A stretch of 64,000 nucleotides of DNA, taken from the NCBI GenBank assembly GCA_029210745.1, contig JARGFI010000007.1, forward strand, positions 1,623-65,622. Direction: 5' to 3'. The stretch comes from Desulfuromonadales bacterium (GTDB lineage Bacteria; Desulfobacterota; Desulfuromonadia; Desulfuromonadales; JAHYIW01). The position numbers and the translations under genes are program-made. A model generated the notes under the pieces. That model searched no databases. It was not told where the DNA came from and saw nothing but the letters and a program-made list of their open reading frames with translations. Below are positions 40,601 through 48,876 of this stretch, piece after piece. Numbering within the stretch: position 1 is the stretch's first letter; every line of letters begins with the position of its first letter.

Positions 40601-41726
40601 GGGCAACTCCCTTCATGGGGACAGTGGCAGTCAGGACGAAGCGCGTCAGCAGCAGCCCGCCCAGCCAGGCACCAGGCAGCAGGCCGACAAGGAAGAGCAG
40701 GCTTTGCAGCGCGAAGATCGGCAGCCCTCCCCACAGATGCCAGATATTGCAGCCGGGAGTGATGCGCGAACCGAGGGCCATGATGATCCCGCCGATAAAG
40801 GCTCCGAGCAATTGGCGTCGCGGCGGCCATGGAGTTAGCCGCCATTCGTTGAGGAGCAAGGCCGAAAACGCCGCCCCCCCGGTAATCCCGATCAGCAGCG
40901 GATATTGGATGGCGGCGATACCGTCGAACGCCGGGCCTGCTCCGCCGCTCAGATGAACCTTGCCGAGTGGCGCGACATAATCCAGCGGCAGTGCCTGGAA
41001 AAATGCCGTAGCTTCAACATGGGCGGGCCATAATAAATATTCCACCTGGGCGGCGACCTTGGCGTAGGCGGTGGTAATTCCTAACGGCATACCGGTCGCC
41101 ATTACCGATACGATGCCGATCAGCGCCAGCAGCAACGCCGCCTGATACGGCGTCATATGTCCTGCGGGCAAGAATGTTCGTGCTGTGGAGGCGGGTGCTT
41201 TGCGGCGATAAACAATGGTGCATGTTGCTGCTGTCAGGAGAACCAGGAAAATTTCTTCTGGCAGATGGAGCGCCTGTGGCAAGGTAATAATATCCGCTCG
41301 CCATGGTTTTGTCACCACCAGGCTTTTCCACCAGGGATGAATTTCTGCGTACAGGGCGCTGCCGCAAATCAGCCCGAACAGAGCCACGGCGGCCAGCTTG
41401 CTCCCCGCTCCAAGGCGATAAAGGGTGCCAACGACGCAACTACCGCACAAGACCATCCCGATGCCAAAGAGAATTCCGCCGATAACGTTTGTCGGTGCGG
41501 CAGCACCAAATAATGGATAAGGGGAGTCAGTGATAAAGCCGTAGCGTCGGCCCAGATAGCTGGCCAGCGCAGTAGCGGTGACCAGCAACAGCAGAGCTTG
41601 AAGCATCTTCACATGACGAAACAAAAAGAGATCACGAAATGCGCCAGTCATGCAAAAGTCAGCGCGGTGCATGACAAATCCGGACAAAATGCCCAAAATC
41701 AGTGTGATCAAAACGACGGGCCACAT
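40581..41726 (-). CDS. YeeE/YedE family sulfur/selenium transporter
   Basis: RADFC, GG.LFGIGMVL.GSC..G.L, GSRITPGCN; start moved to ATG 41726. Confidence 0.9.
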   Translation of the reverse strand: MWPVVLITLILGILSGFVMHRADFCMTGAFRDLFLFRHVKMLQALLLLVTATALASYLGRRYGFITDSPYPLFGAAAPTNVIGGILFGIGMVLCGSCVVGTLYRLGAGSKLAAVALFGLICGSALYAEIHPWWKSLVVTKPWRADIITLPQALHLPEEIFLVLLTAATCTIVYRRKAPASTARTFLPAGHMTPYQAALLLALIGIVSVMATGMPLGITTAYAKVAAQVEYLLWPAHVEATAFFQALPLDYVAPLGKVHLSGGAGPAFDGIAAIQYPLLIGITGGAAFSALLLNEWRLTPWPPRRQLLGAFIGGIIMALGSRITPGCNIWHLWGGLPIFALQSLLFLVGLLPGAWLGGLLLTRFVLTATVPMKGVAHEHSNL

Positions 41727-41844
41727 AAGATTAATCCCCCAGCCTTCGAATGATGAACATTCTCCAGTGCTTTGTAGCTTAAATTGCGTAAACATGCAAC
41801 TATTCTAACTTTGGTTGCTCTCGCCTTGCGGCAGCGGAAAGGGC

Positions 41845-41873
41845 TCGACATTCATTGGCGCAGCGACTAGAAT
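41845..41873 (+). promoter_or_regulatory. Putative sigma70 promoter of the antiporter operon
   Basis: TCGACA-17nt-TAGAAT; predicts a start near 41880. Confidence 0.65.
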
Positions 41874-41879
41874 CGCCCA

Positions 41880-41986
41880 GGATTTTCTGATCAGGGGATA
41901 GCCGTCTGTCCCGTCAAGTCATCCCCGGGCAGAGGGCAACCACGAGACAATCCGCTCTTGCTAAAGGGCGGAAGATCAATTTTTTT
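41880..41986 (+). ncRNA. Candidate cis-regulatory leader RNA (riboswitch-like, partial yybP-ykoY resemblance)
   Basis: GGATT/AATCC closing stem, TCTGTCC/GGGCAGA stem, GGGGAT/ATCCCC pairing, overlapping hairpin TCCGCTCTT/AAGGGCGGA then T7. Confidence 0.45.
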
Positions 41987-42015
41987 CGGCAACGGTAATT
42001 GCACGAGAGGCGTCA

Positions 42016-42957
42016 ATGACACTGAATATTATTCTTTTTTTCGCGGGATTGTTATTGCTCTACTATGGAGCTGAATATCTGGTTACCGGAAGTACCCACC
42101 TGGCATTGTCCTATGGAGTCAGGCCATTGGTGATTGGACTGACGGTCGTCTCTTTCGCCACCAGCATGCCGGAGTTGATGGTGTCGCTCTTTGCCTCGAT
42201 CAAGGGGTCATCGGCGATCGCCGCAGGAAATATTATTGGTTCAAACGTTGCCAACATCGGTTTGATCCTGGGGAGCGCGGCTTTGCTTTTCCCGCTACGG
42301 AGCGGGCGGGGGATCCTGTTTCGCGAATTGCCTTACATGGTGTTGGCCTCTGTTGTTGTTTACGGGTTTTCCTGGGATAGCCAGCTGACCGCCGGTGAAG
42401 GCGTTGTGCTGCTGTTTATGCTGGTGGCTTTTCTTTATTACTGCATCCGTACCGCCCGTGAGGTGGAGGTTGACACCTCTTTTGTTGACGATACCAGGGA
42501 GATCGTTGTGCCGACGCGGGGGCGCTGGGTTGTCTATGTGATCCTCGGTATCGTTGGTCTCGGTGTCGGCGCGGAGCTGATGGTGCGCTCAGCCGTAGCG
42601 ATTGCCCTCACCCTCGGTGTCTCCGAGGCGGTGATCGGCATGAGTGTCGTTGCCGTTGGAACCAGTCTGCCAGAACTGGCGGCGTCGGTAGTGAGTGCCT
42701 GGAAGGGTGAAATGGAATTGAGTATCGGCAATGTGATCGGCAGCAACATCTTTAATCTGCTCTTTGTGTTTGGTTTTTGCACGCTGATTCGCCCTGTTGA
42801 GATCGAACGATCCTTGCTTTTTTGTGAATTGCCGGTGATGCTGCTCTTCAGTATGGCCCTCTGGCCGTTGATGTACTTTGGTCATGCTCTTGATCGCAAA
42901 AAAGGATTTGGCCTGCTGGTGGCCTATGCCGGATTTATGGTAATGATCTTTCAATGA
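42016..42957 (+). CDS. Calcium/sodium antiporter (YrbG, CaCA family)
   Basis: Alpha repeats FATSMPEL..GNIIGSN and GTSLPEL..GNVIGSN. Confidence 0.93.
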   Translation: MTLNIILFFAGLLLLYYGAEYLVTGSTHLALSYGVRPLVIGLTVVSFATSMPELMVSLFASIKGSSAIAAGNIIGSNVANIGLILGSAALLFPLRSGRGILFRELPYMVLASVVVYGFSWDSQLTAGEGVVLLFMLVAFLYYCIRTAREVEVDTSFVDDTREIVVPTRGRWVVYVILGIVGLGVGAELMVRSAVAIALTLGVSEAVIGMSVVAVGTSLPELAASVVSAWKGEMELSIGNVIGSNIFNLLFVFGFCTLIRPVEIERSLLFCELPVMLLFSMALWPLMYFGHALDRKKGFGLLVAYAGFMVMIFQ

Positions 42958-43781
42958 AAACTTTTACGAAAATTTTTATCGCCCTGATAGTGCTGTGCGT
43001 CCCGACGCTGGTCATGGCCAACGCGCCAGACCGTCCACCGGCGTTCCTTAACGGGAGTCATTACCGTTACGATATTTCCTTTCTTTGGTTTGATCGCCTG
43101 GCGTCAGGGGAGCTGAGTCTTGCCGCCACGGCGATCCCTGGGCAATATCAGGCGACGCTCGAAGCGCGCACCCTGGGTGTTGCCGCCTGGTTAACCGGAA
43201 ATCGCGTGCATCGTTACGTTGCGTTGATGGAAGCAACCCCTGATGATGGCAGGCTGAGGACGCTGCGTTTTGAATCACACGTGATCAAGGGACAAGGCAA
43301 AAAACTGAAAGATCGTGCCAAGGAGTATGTTTTTAACTACGAAAAAAAGCGGGTCGATTTTCGTCGCGCCAGTAACGGTCAGTTCGGTCCGATCGAGGTG
43401 CTGCCCATGGGGGATACCCCGCTGAACGATTTTCTGACCGTCTTTACAAATTTCAGGATGGGATTTTTCGGTTCCCCCGCGCCGGGAGAAACTCTCGAAC
43501 TGGATACCTTTGAGCGTGGTCATCCTGCCAAAATAATCGTCACGGCAACGCCGTTGTCCCCTGCTGAGCACCAAACGTTTTTTCCATCAGAGGGAAAGCT
43601 TTTTCAGATCAGCATGGGGGAGGATATTCTTGATACTGGTGGCGGAAAAGTTTTTCTCTGGTTTGATTCCTTGGAACGACCAGCGCGCGCGGTGGTGGAA
43701 AACGTGATCGGGACAGGGGACGTCAAGGGCACGTTGCGTGAAGAACAGGTAGCCGGGGAGGGTGGACAGATAAAAAAATGA
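42954..43781 (+). CDS. DUF3108-like exported protein
   Basis: Signal peptide, Y.ISFLWF..LA.G; ATGA overlap with the antiporter stop. Confidence 0.65.
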   Translation: MKTFTKIFIALIVLCVPTLVMANAPDRPPAFLNGSHYRYDISFLWFDRLASGELSLAATAIPGQYQATLEARTLGVAAWLTGNRVHRYVALMEATPDDGRLRTLRFESHVIKGQGKKLKDRAKEYVFNYEKKRVDFRRASNGQFGPIEVLPMGDTPLNDFLTVFTNFRMGFFGSPAPGETLELDTFERGHPAKIIVTATPLSPAEHQTFFPSEGKLFQISMGEDILDTGGGKVFLWFDSLERPARAVVENVIGTGDVKGTLREEQVAGEGGQIKK

Positions 43782-43917
43782 CCCCATGCACGGAGGGGGG
43801 GCGCATGGGGTCGCCTCTTGCGTTATAAAAACGTTCGAGACAGTGTCACTATACAAAAATAAAATGGTGATAGCAAGAAAATTTTTCAGAATTTTGTAAG
43901 ATAATGCGCTTGCGGAT

Positions 43918-43958
43918 AAAAGCCGGGGGAAACCGATGAACGGCTTCCCCCGGCTTTT
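43918..43958. terminator. Intrinsic terminator downstream of cytochrome c3
   Basis: AAAAGCCGGGGGAA...TTCCCCCGGCTTTT. Confidence 0.85.
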
Positions 43959-43977
43959 GTTTATGGATCAAAGTGTT

Positions 43978-44292
43978 TTACTTAACGTGGCAATCTTTAC
44001 AGCCGGTCGGGCCACCGTCTTTTTTGTGGCAGTTTTTGCACAGCTTGTGGAACGCGTTTTTAGCTTTTGGCGCTTTTTTGCCGTCGTGGCAGCTGGCGCA
44101 GGCTCCGGCTTCAACACCTTTGTGGTGGCAGGTGGTGCAGTCGGCAACTGTAGCCTGGTGAGCCTGGTGCGGGAAAGTGACCGTGCCCATTTTGGCTTCG
44201 AGGGTGATCGTTTCCGGGCCATTGTTGGCGATGGCGATCGCGGCGACGCTCAAAAAGCAGACAGCGACCAGAGTGATGATAATGCGTTTCAT
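43978..44292 (-). CDS. Small periplasmic tetraheme cytochrome c3 (class III)
   Basis: Signal peptide, VTFPH..H, four CxxCH (CTTCH, CASCH, CKNCH, CKDCH); ATG behind GGAGG. Confidence 0.92.
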   Translation of the reverse strand: MKRIIITLVAVCFLSVAAIAIANNGPETITLEAKMGTVTFPHQAHQATVADCTTCHHKGVEAGACASCHDGKKAPKAKNAFHKLCKNCHKKDGGPTGCKDCHVK

Positions 44293-44429
44293 ACCTGTTA
44301 CCTCCATTGAAAAGAATGAATATGCTCGTGAAATCATTTTCACGTTGTCGCAAATATAGTCAAATTTGTTATTTGTGTATAGCCGACATCAGGCCTAGCG
44401 TCGCTAGATGTCTATAGACATTTCAAAAA

Positions 44430-44442
44430 TATCAGCATGTTA
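44430..44442 (+). promoter_or_regulatory. IHF consensus site
   Basis: TATCAGCATGTTA matches WATCARNNNNTTR. Confidence 0.45.
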
Positions 44443-44539
44443 CACGTTGTAATGTCGGGTTGTTTATATCATTATTTTTGTTGTTTGCGATTTTTTGGCG
44501 TCTTTGTTATAGTCCCTCCGATCAAGTGGAGAAATACGT

Positions 44540-45469
44540 ATGCCCCCAATTTGCAACCCGACAGTTGAACTGGATGGTGCCGCTGTTCGTCGTATTCGTG
44601 AGACGAAGCGTTTGACGCAACTGTATGTTGCCAAAGTTGTCGGGGTGACTACCGACACAATCTCACGTTGGGAAAACAACCGTTATCCATCCATCAAGCG
44701 GGAGAATCTTCTCGGGTTGGCTCAGGCGCTGGAAGTTTCTCCCGAAACTCTGATTCATGGCACCGATGCTGACGCCGAAATCTCCCCTGCACCGGCATCT
44801 CTACACCCCTCTCTGCTGCGCCGGAACCACTGGCTGTTGTGGTCAGGGATAATATTTTTTCTCTTTCTTTTTGTTTTTTATTATTTTTTTCAGGAACCTG
44901 CAATCACGTTCGTCCCCGAAATCAATGCCTGGCGCATATTGCCGACTTATGCTGCTCCGGGAGCTGTTGTTCCGGTGCGGATTACGCTGGCGGTTGATGC
45001 CTCGACCGGCGGTTTTATCGTGCGGGAACACTTTCCGGTCGGCTGGAAATTGATCGAAGCAAGCCCGCCGGCATCAAGTCTGGATAATGTCGAAGGGATG
45101 GCTCGCTGGATTGTCAAGGCAGGTGACGTGCCGCCGGTGATCTCCTATTTAATCAGGGTGAACAGTGTCGCTACAAGCGGCAACAAGGGGATATTTAAAG
45201 GGGATGTTGTCTTGCGCCAGAATAAAAATAATACCCCTGCGGTGATTAATGGTGATGACGAGGCATATATTCAGCCCTATCATTGGGCCGATGATGATGG
45301 CAATTCAGTGATCGATGATCGTGAAGTCCTGGAAGCTTTTGACGCTGTCGAAGCGATGAAAGATGTACATCTGGACTGGGACGGTCTGAGTGCTCTGTGG
45401 GATGATGGCACCTATCGTTGGGATCAAAAGAAGGGGAAGTTTGTTTCAACCCGTTCAACTTCGCAGTAA
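44540..45469 (+). CDS. Membrane-anchored XRE-HTH regulator with extracytoplasmic domain
   Basis: HTH (LTQLYVAKVVGVTTDTISRWEN), one TM, beta-rich domain, EF-hand/dockerin-like DDDGNSVIDDRE. Confidence 0.8.
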   Translation: MPPICNPTVELDGAAVRRIRETKRLTQLYVAKVVGVTTDTISRWENNRYPSIKRENLLGLAQALEVSPETLIHGTDADAEISPAPASLHPSLLRRNHWLLWSGIIFFLFLFVFYYFFQEPAITFVPEINAWRILPTYAAPGAVVPVRITLAVDASTGGFIVREHFPVGWKLIEASPPASSLDNVEGMARWIVKAGDVPPVISYLIRVNSVATSGNKGIFKGDVVLRQNKNNTPAVINGDDEAYIQPYHWADDDGNSVIDDREVLEAFDAVEAMKDVHLDWDGLSALWDDGTYRWDQKKGKFVSTRSTSQ

Positions 45470-45571
45470 CTCACTTTTTTCTTATATTAATTTTTTCATC
45501 TCTTGTTCGTTTTGCCAGGCGGGCCGTCGCTTTTCCATCAGCTATCTATTTTTTACAGTTTGATTTCGTTC

Positions 45572-45976
45572 TCAAGTTTCGTTTGAAGTAGAAACCCACA
45601 CCCTGTGGGTGTGGTGATGTGGACTGGCTACGCCGGTCCCGGATGGGTATGGCTGAAAGCCGCTCACTGTTATTCTTTTTTTCGAGTTGTGCCGCAACTT
45701 CGAAAAGAAAGGAGGAAACAGTGAGCAGCCGATTTCGTAAGTTATCACACTCGATATGGCACTGCCAGTATCACATTGTTTGGGTCCCAAAGTACCGGTT
45801 TCGGATTTTGCAAGGAAAAGTGAAAGAGGCCGTTGAGTTAGGTATTCATGCGATATGTGGTTATGCCGGGTGTGAAGTCGTGGAGTTGAATGTTCAGCCC
45901 GCCCCCTTGGGGCAGGGCCAGCCCCCCTATGGGGGGCGAACTACAAAGCCACGTCCTGTGGGCGTGGATTCTTTAC
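45572..45976 (+). mobile_element. Internally deleted IS200-family element (left boundary approximate)
   Basis: Subterminal hairpins CCACACCCTGTGGGTGTGG and CCACGTCCTGTGGGCGTGG around a truncated tnpA. Confidence 0.8.
45721..45900 (+). pseudogene. tnpA: IS200 Y1 transposase N-terminal fragment
   Basis: SRFRKLSHSIWHCQYHIVWVPKYRF...ELNVQP ends just before the expected HUH motif. Confidence 0.85.
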
Positions 45977-46256
45977 TTATCAATGATCGCTCCCCAGCGC
46001 AGAATTAAGCTTGCTTGGGGAGGGGTGTAATTCTAAGCTTCAGTGTGAAATGAAACGTAAAATAAACTCTATTATTTTTTTATATTACAGGTTATTATCT
46101 GCGGATTAGTATTGTCTTAGTGTCTTGTGGTTGGCGAGGTTTTATCCCCAGCGCTTTTTACGAGCGGAGAGTAATTCCTCATTTTGGTGATGAAACTGTT
46201 CGAGTTGCTTGATTGTGCGGTGGCCGGCGTAGTAGTCCTAGCAGGAGGTCATTTCA

Positions 46257-48635
46257 ATGTCTAAACAATGGTCCATATTCACTCTTGTGCTTCTGGCGTC
46301 TTTTCTTCTGTCGAGCTGCGGCAGTGAACAAAGTAGCGATTCTGCGACACTGACGCCGTTTTCTGCCGTCGATGCGCAGAAAAGCGGGGATTGTACATCG
46401 TGTCACGCCATCGATGTTCATACCAAAATCAACGGTATTGTCGGTGTCAATACTGATGCCGCTGGTGTTGGTCTGGGCTCAGCCATTACCCATGACTGCG
46501 AAGATTGTCACGGTGGTGGCCAATATCACCGCGGAGTGGGACCGATCCCTTATCCGTCACCTGACCTTGCGCGCTGTGCAGTCTGCCACAATAACCAGAC
46601 CACCAAAGTTATAACATCGAAACACAATGCGGCACGAACCGACAACACAGATATGCTTGTTGATTCCGGTGAGCACTATCTGCATGGCTATTGTCAGCGC
46701 TGCCATACAGCAGAAGGTTCGATTGCCTTCAAGGACGTTTATGGCACAGGTCCTCAGATTGAAGCAGCAATCGTCGATCATGGAACAGCCGTTGTCGCTC
46801 CTGCGAAATACGAAGCGCTTGTCGCCGAGGATGCCGATGGTAACGTCGTTCTTCATGAACCGGCTTGTGGTGCCTGTCACAATGCCTTGACCAAAAAAAT
46901 GGTTACTGTTGACGCCGGATGGGATCCGAACCAGAACGGAACTTCCGACCAGCTCGACCTGTGCACCAGCTGCCACAACTACAAATCAGCCGATGGCGCA
47001 GCCGTCTATGGTTCTGGCGATGAAATTGTTAACGGCGCCGCTACCGTCGAGTACTACCACAACAACTCCTGGTACCGCCAGATTCCGACCACTCACTACG
47101 ATGATCCGACAACACTTTCGGGGCAGGGTAATGAGAACTTGACAGTCGTTCCACCAATCATCAACAAAGTCGAAGGTTATGTCATCCGCGAAAACTCGGA
47201 AAACCCCTGCTTCGACTGCCATGGGCATGAACTCTTGACCAACTCGCGCTCTGCCGATGATCCAACCAAACTTACCATCCAAACTGCCTGGGCCAAGTCC
47301 GCCCACGGCGGCAAGATTCTCACCCAGGTGATGGATGCTGTTGCGGCAATCGATTGCACTACCGTCAACGGAGGCTACAACTCGCTCTCACTCTCACGCG
47401 GCAAGTGTAATGAGCAGGTGAGTGCAGCCCTGGCGGCCTACACATCAGACAGCGTGACCCCGGCCTGGACCCATTACGACTGGGACAAGACCAATGACAC
47501 CGTAGCTGGTGATCGAACCGGCCGTGCTGCTTGTCAGATGTGCCACACCGCCACCGGCGCGGCCAACTTCATGAGCGACCAGGCCAACTACAATCCAGCC
47601 AACAACGACTACTCACATCTCTCCGGCTGGAGCAATGTCGCTGGCGTGGTCACCTCTTCACCGCAGAACGAAGTCATCTACTGCTGGGCCTGCCACACCA
47701 GCGCCGAGTCCGGTGCGCTGCGCACTCCGGGTGCTATCACCCTGGCTTACCAGGCTGACGGTGCGGATATCACTCTGCCCGACATGGGTAACTCCAACGT
47801 CTGCTACAACTGTCACAGCGGTCGTGGCAACATGGACTCACTCATCGGGGCAGCAGCTGCTGACCCGGCCGGAGCCGCTGTTACCGGTGGCACCAAAACC
47901 CACTACTTCGCCAGCGGTGCCACCATCTACCAGTCGCAGACCAAGGTCGGCTACATGTATGCTGGTCAGAGCTACACCGACAAACCCTACTTTGCCCACG
48001 ACACCCTTGGCTGCGCTGAGTGTCACATGACCGGGGAAACTCCGACCGACCAGGCCAGTCATACCTTTGATGTGGTCGAGAAGGACGGTAGTGGCGTCAT
48101 CACGGCAATTGCATCGAAGAAATGCGTCGAATGCCATGATGGTGAACATGCTCTGTTCGTCTCTGATTCCCAGGTTGGCGACACACTGAATATCTGGGAT
48201 GGAAGTGCGGCTGTCCCGACTGTCGTGACGCAGTTGATGGCTGATGATGCAGCTGCCGAGATGGAGCACGAAGCCCACGGCTATCACAATGCTGTCGAGG
48301 TGCTCGGTGCAGTTCTGACTGCTGCGGGGACACCGCCACAGGCCAATTACCCCTACTTTAGTGGAACGGCTACCGATCAGGGTCACGGTGGTGCCATGCA
48401 CAACTGGAGCTACCTGCATCATGAGCCGGGCGCTTATGCTCACAACCGCTACTACGCCAAGCGCCTGATTTTTGATTCTATTGACTGGCTGACCAATGCC
48501 ACGAATGGCAGCGTTGATGCAGCCGGCAGCAGGACCCTCGACGGGGCCTTGTACCTTGATCCTGCTACCTATGGCGCAGCCATCACATGGCTGGGTGGCG
48601 ACACAACTACGGGGATTGTCAGTACCCGTCCGTAA
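46257..48635 (+). CDS. Dodecaheme outer-membrane lipoprotein cytochrome c, OmcB/OmcC-like
   Basis: Lipobox LSSC, 12 CxxCH counted, C-terminal AHNRYYAKRLIFDSIDWL; RBS AGGAGG. Confidence 0.88.
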   Translation: MSKQWSIFTLVLLASFLLSSCGSEQSSDSATLTPFSAVDAQKSGDCTSCHAIDVHTKINGIVGVNTDAAGVGLGSAITHDCEDCHGGGQYHRGVGPIPYPSPDLARCAVCHNNQTTKVITSKHNAARTDNTDMLVDSGEHYLHGYCQRCHTAEGSIAFKDVYGTGPQIEAAIVDHGTAVVAPAKYEALVAEDADGNVVLHEPACGACHNALTKKMVTVDAGWDPNQNGTSDQLDLCTSCHNYKSADGAAVYGSGDEIVNGAATVEYYHNNSWYRQIPTTHYDDPTTLSGQGNENLTVVPPIINKVEGYVIRENSENPCFDCHGHELLTNSRSADDPTKLTIQTAWAKSAHGGKILTQVMDAVAAIDCTTVNGGYNSLSLSRGKCNEQVSAALAAYTSDSVTPAWTHYDWDKTNDTVAGDRTGRAACQMCHTATGAANFMSDQANYNPANNDYSHLSGWSNVAGVVTSSPQNEVIYCWACHTSAESGALRTPGAITLAYQADGADITLPDMGNSNVCYNCHSGRGNMDSLIGAAAADPAGAAVTGGTKTHYFASGATIYQSQTKVGYMYAGQSYTDKPYFAHDTLGCAECHMTGETPTDQASHTFDVVEKDGSGVITAIASKKCVECHDGEHALFVSDSQVGDTLNIWDGSAAVPTVVTQLMADDAAAEMEHEAHGYHNAVEVLGAVLTAAGTPPQANYPYFSGTATDQGHGGAMHNWSYLHHEPGAYAHNRYYAKRLIFDSIDWLTNATNGSVDAAGSRTLDGALYLDPATYGAAITWLGGDTTTGIVSTRP

Positions 48636-48664
48636 TCTAGCTGATTATCGCTAAGCATGATATT

Positions 48665-48691
48665 GCCGGGCCCTTCGGGGCCCGGTTTTTT
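48665..48691 (+). terminator. Intrinsic terminator
   Basis: GCCGGGCCC-TTCG-GGGCCCGGT followed by a T-run. Confidence 0.9.
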
Positions 48692-48713
48692 ATTTGAAAT
48701 GATCTGAAAAGGG

Positions 48714-48856
48714 GGTAACTATTCAGCGCCTGCGAAAAGGGTGTCATTCCCGAGGGGGGTAGACGGGAATCCAGCTTTTAAGGTCATGGATCCCCGATAA
48801 AAGAATTCGGGGATGACAGAATCTCCAATGACCGATAATAGTGCTGAATAGTTACC
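48714..48856. repeat. 143-bp nested palindromic element (MITE/REP-like)
   Basis: Terminal IR GGTAACTATTCAGC/GCTGAATAGTTACC; inner TGTCATTCCCG..CGGGAATCCA and TGGATCCCCG..CGGGGATGACA. Confidence 0.75.
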
Positions 48857-48876
48857 TTCAGCCTTTGTCTATCTCC

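Noticed and set aside
41812-41942. Long-range inverted match TGGTTGCTCTCGCC / GGCAGAGGGCAACCA (6S or SRP-like RNA)
   Set aside because: It spans the predicted promoter, the interior does not form a rod and no SRP core motif is present
45619-46008. 129-aa ORF as an intact protein
   Set aside because: It is a chimera of IS left-end sequence, the tnpA fragment and right-end hairpins
46009-46256. GEMM-I cyclic dinucleotide riboswitch upstream of the multiheme cytochrome
   Set aside because: The conserved GGCAAA/GAAA...GCAAAG pattern was not found by eye
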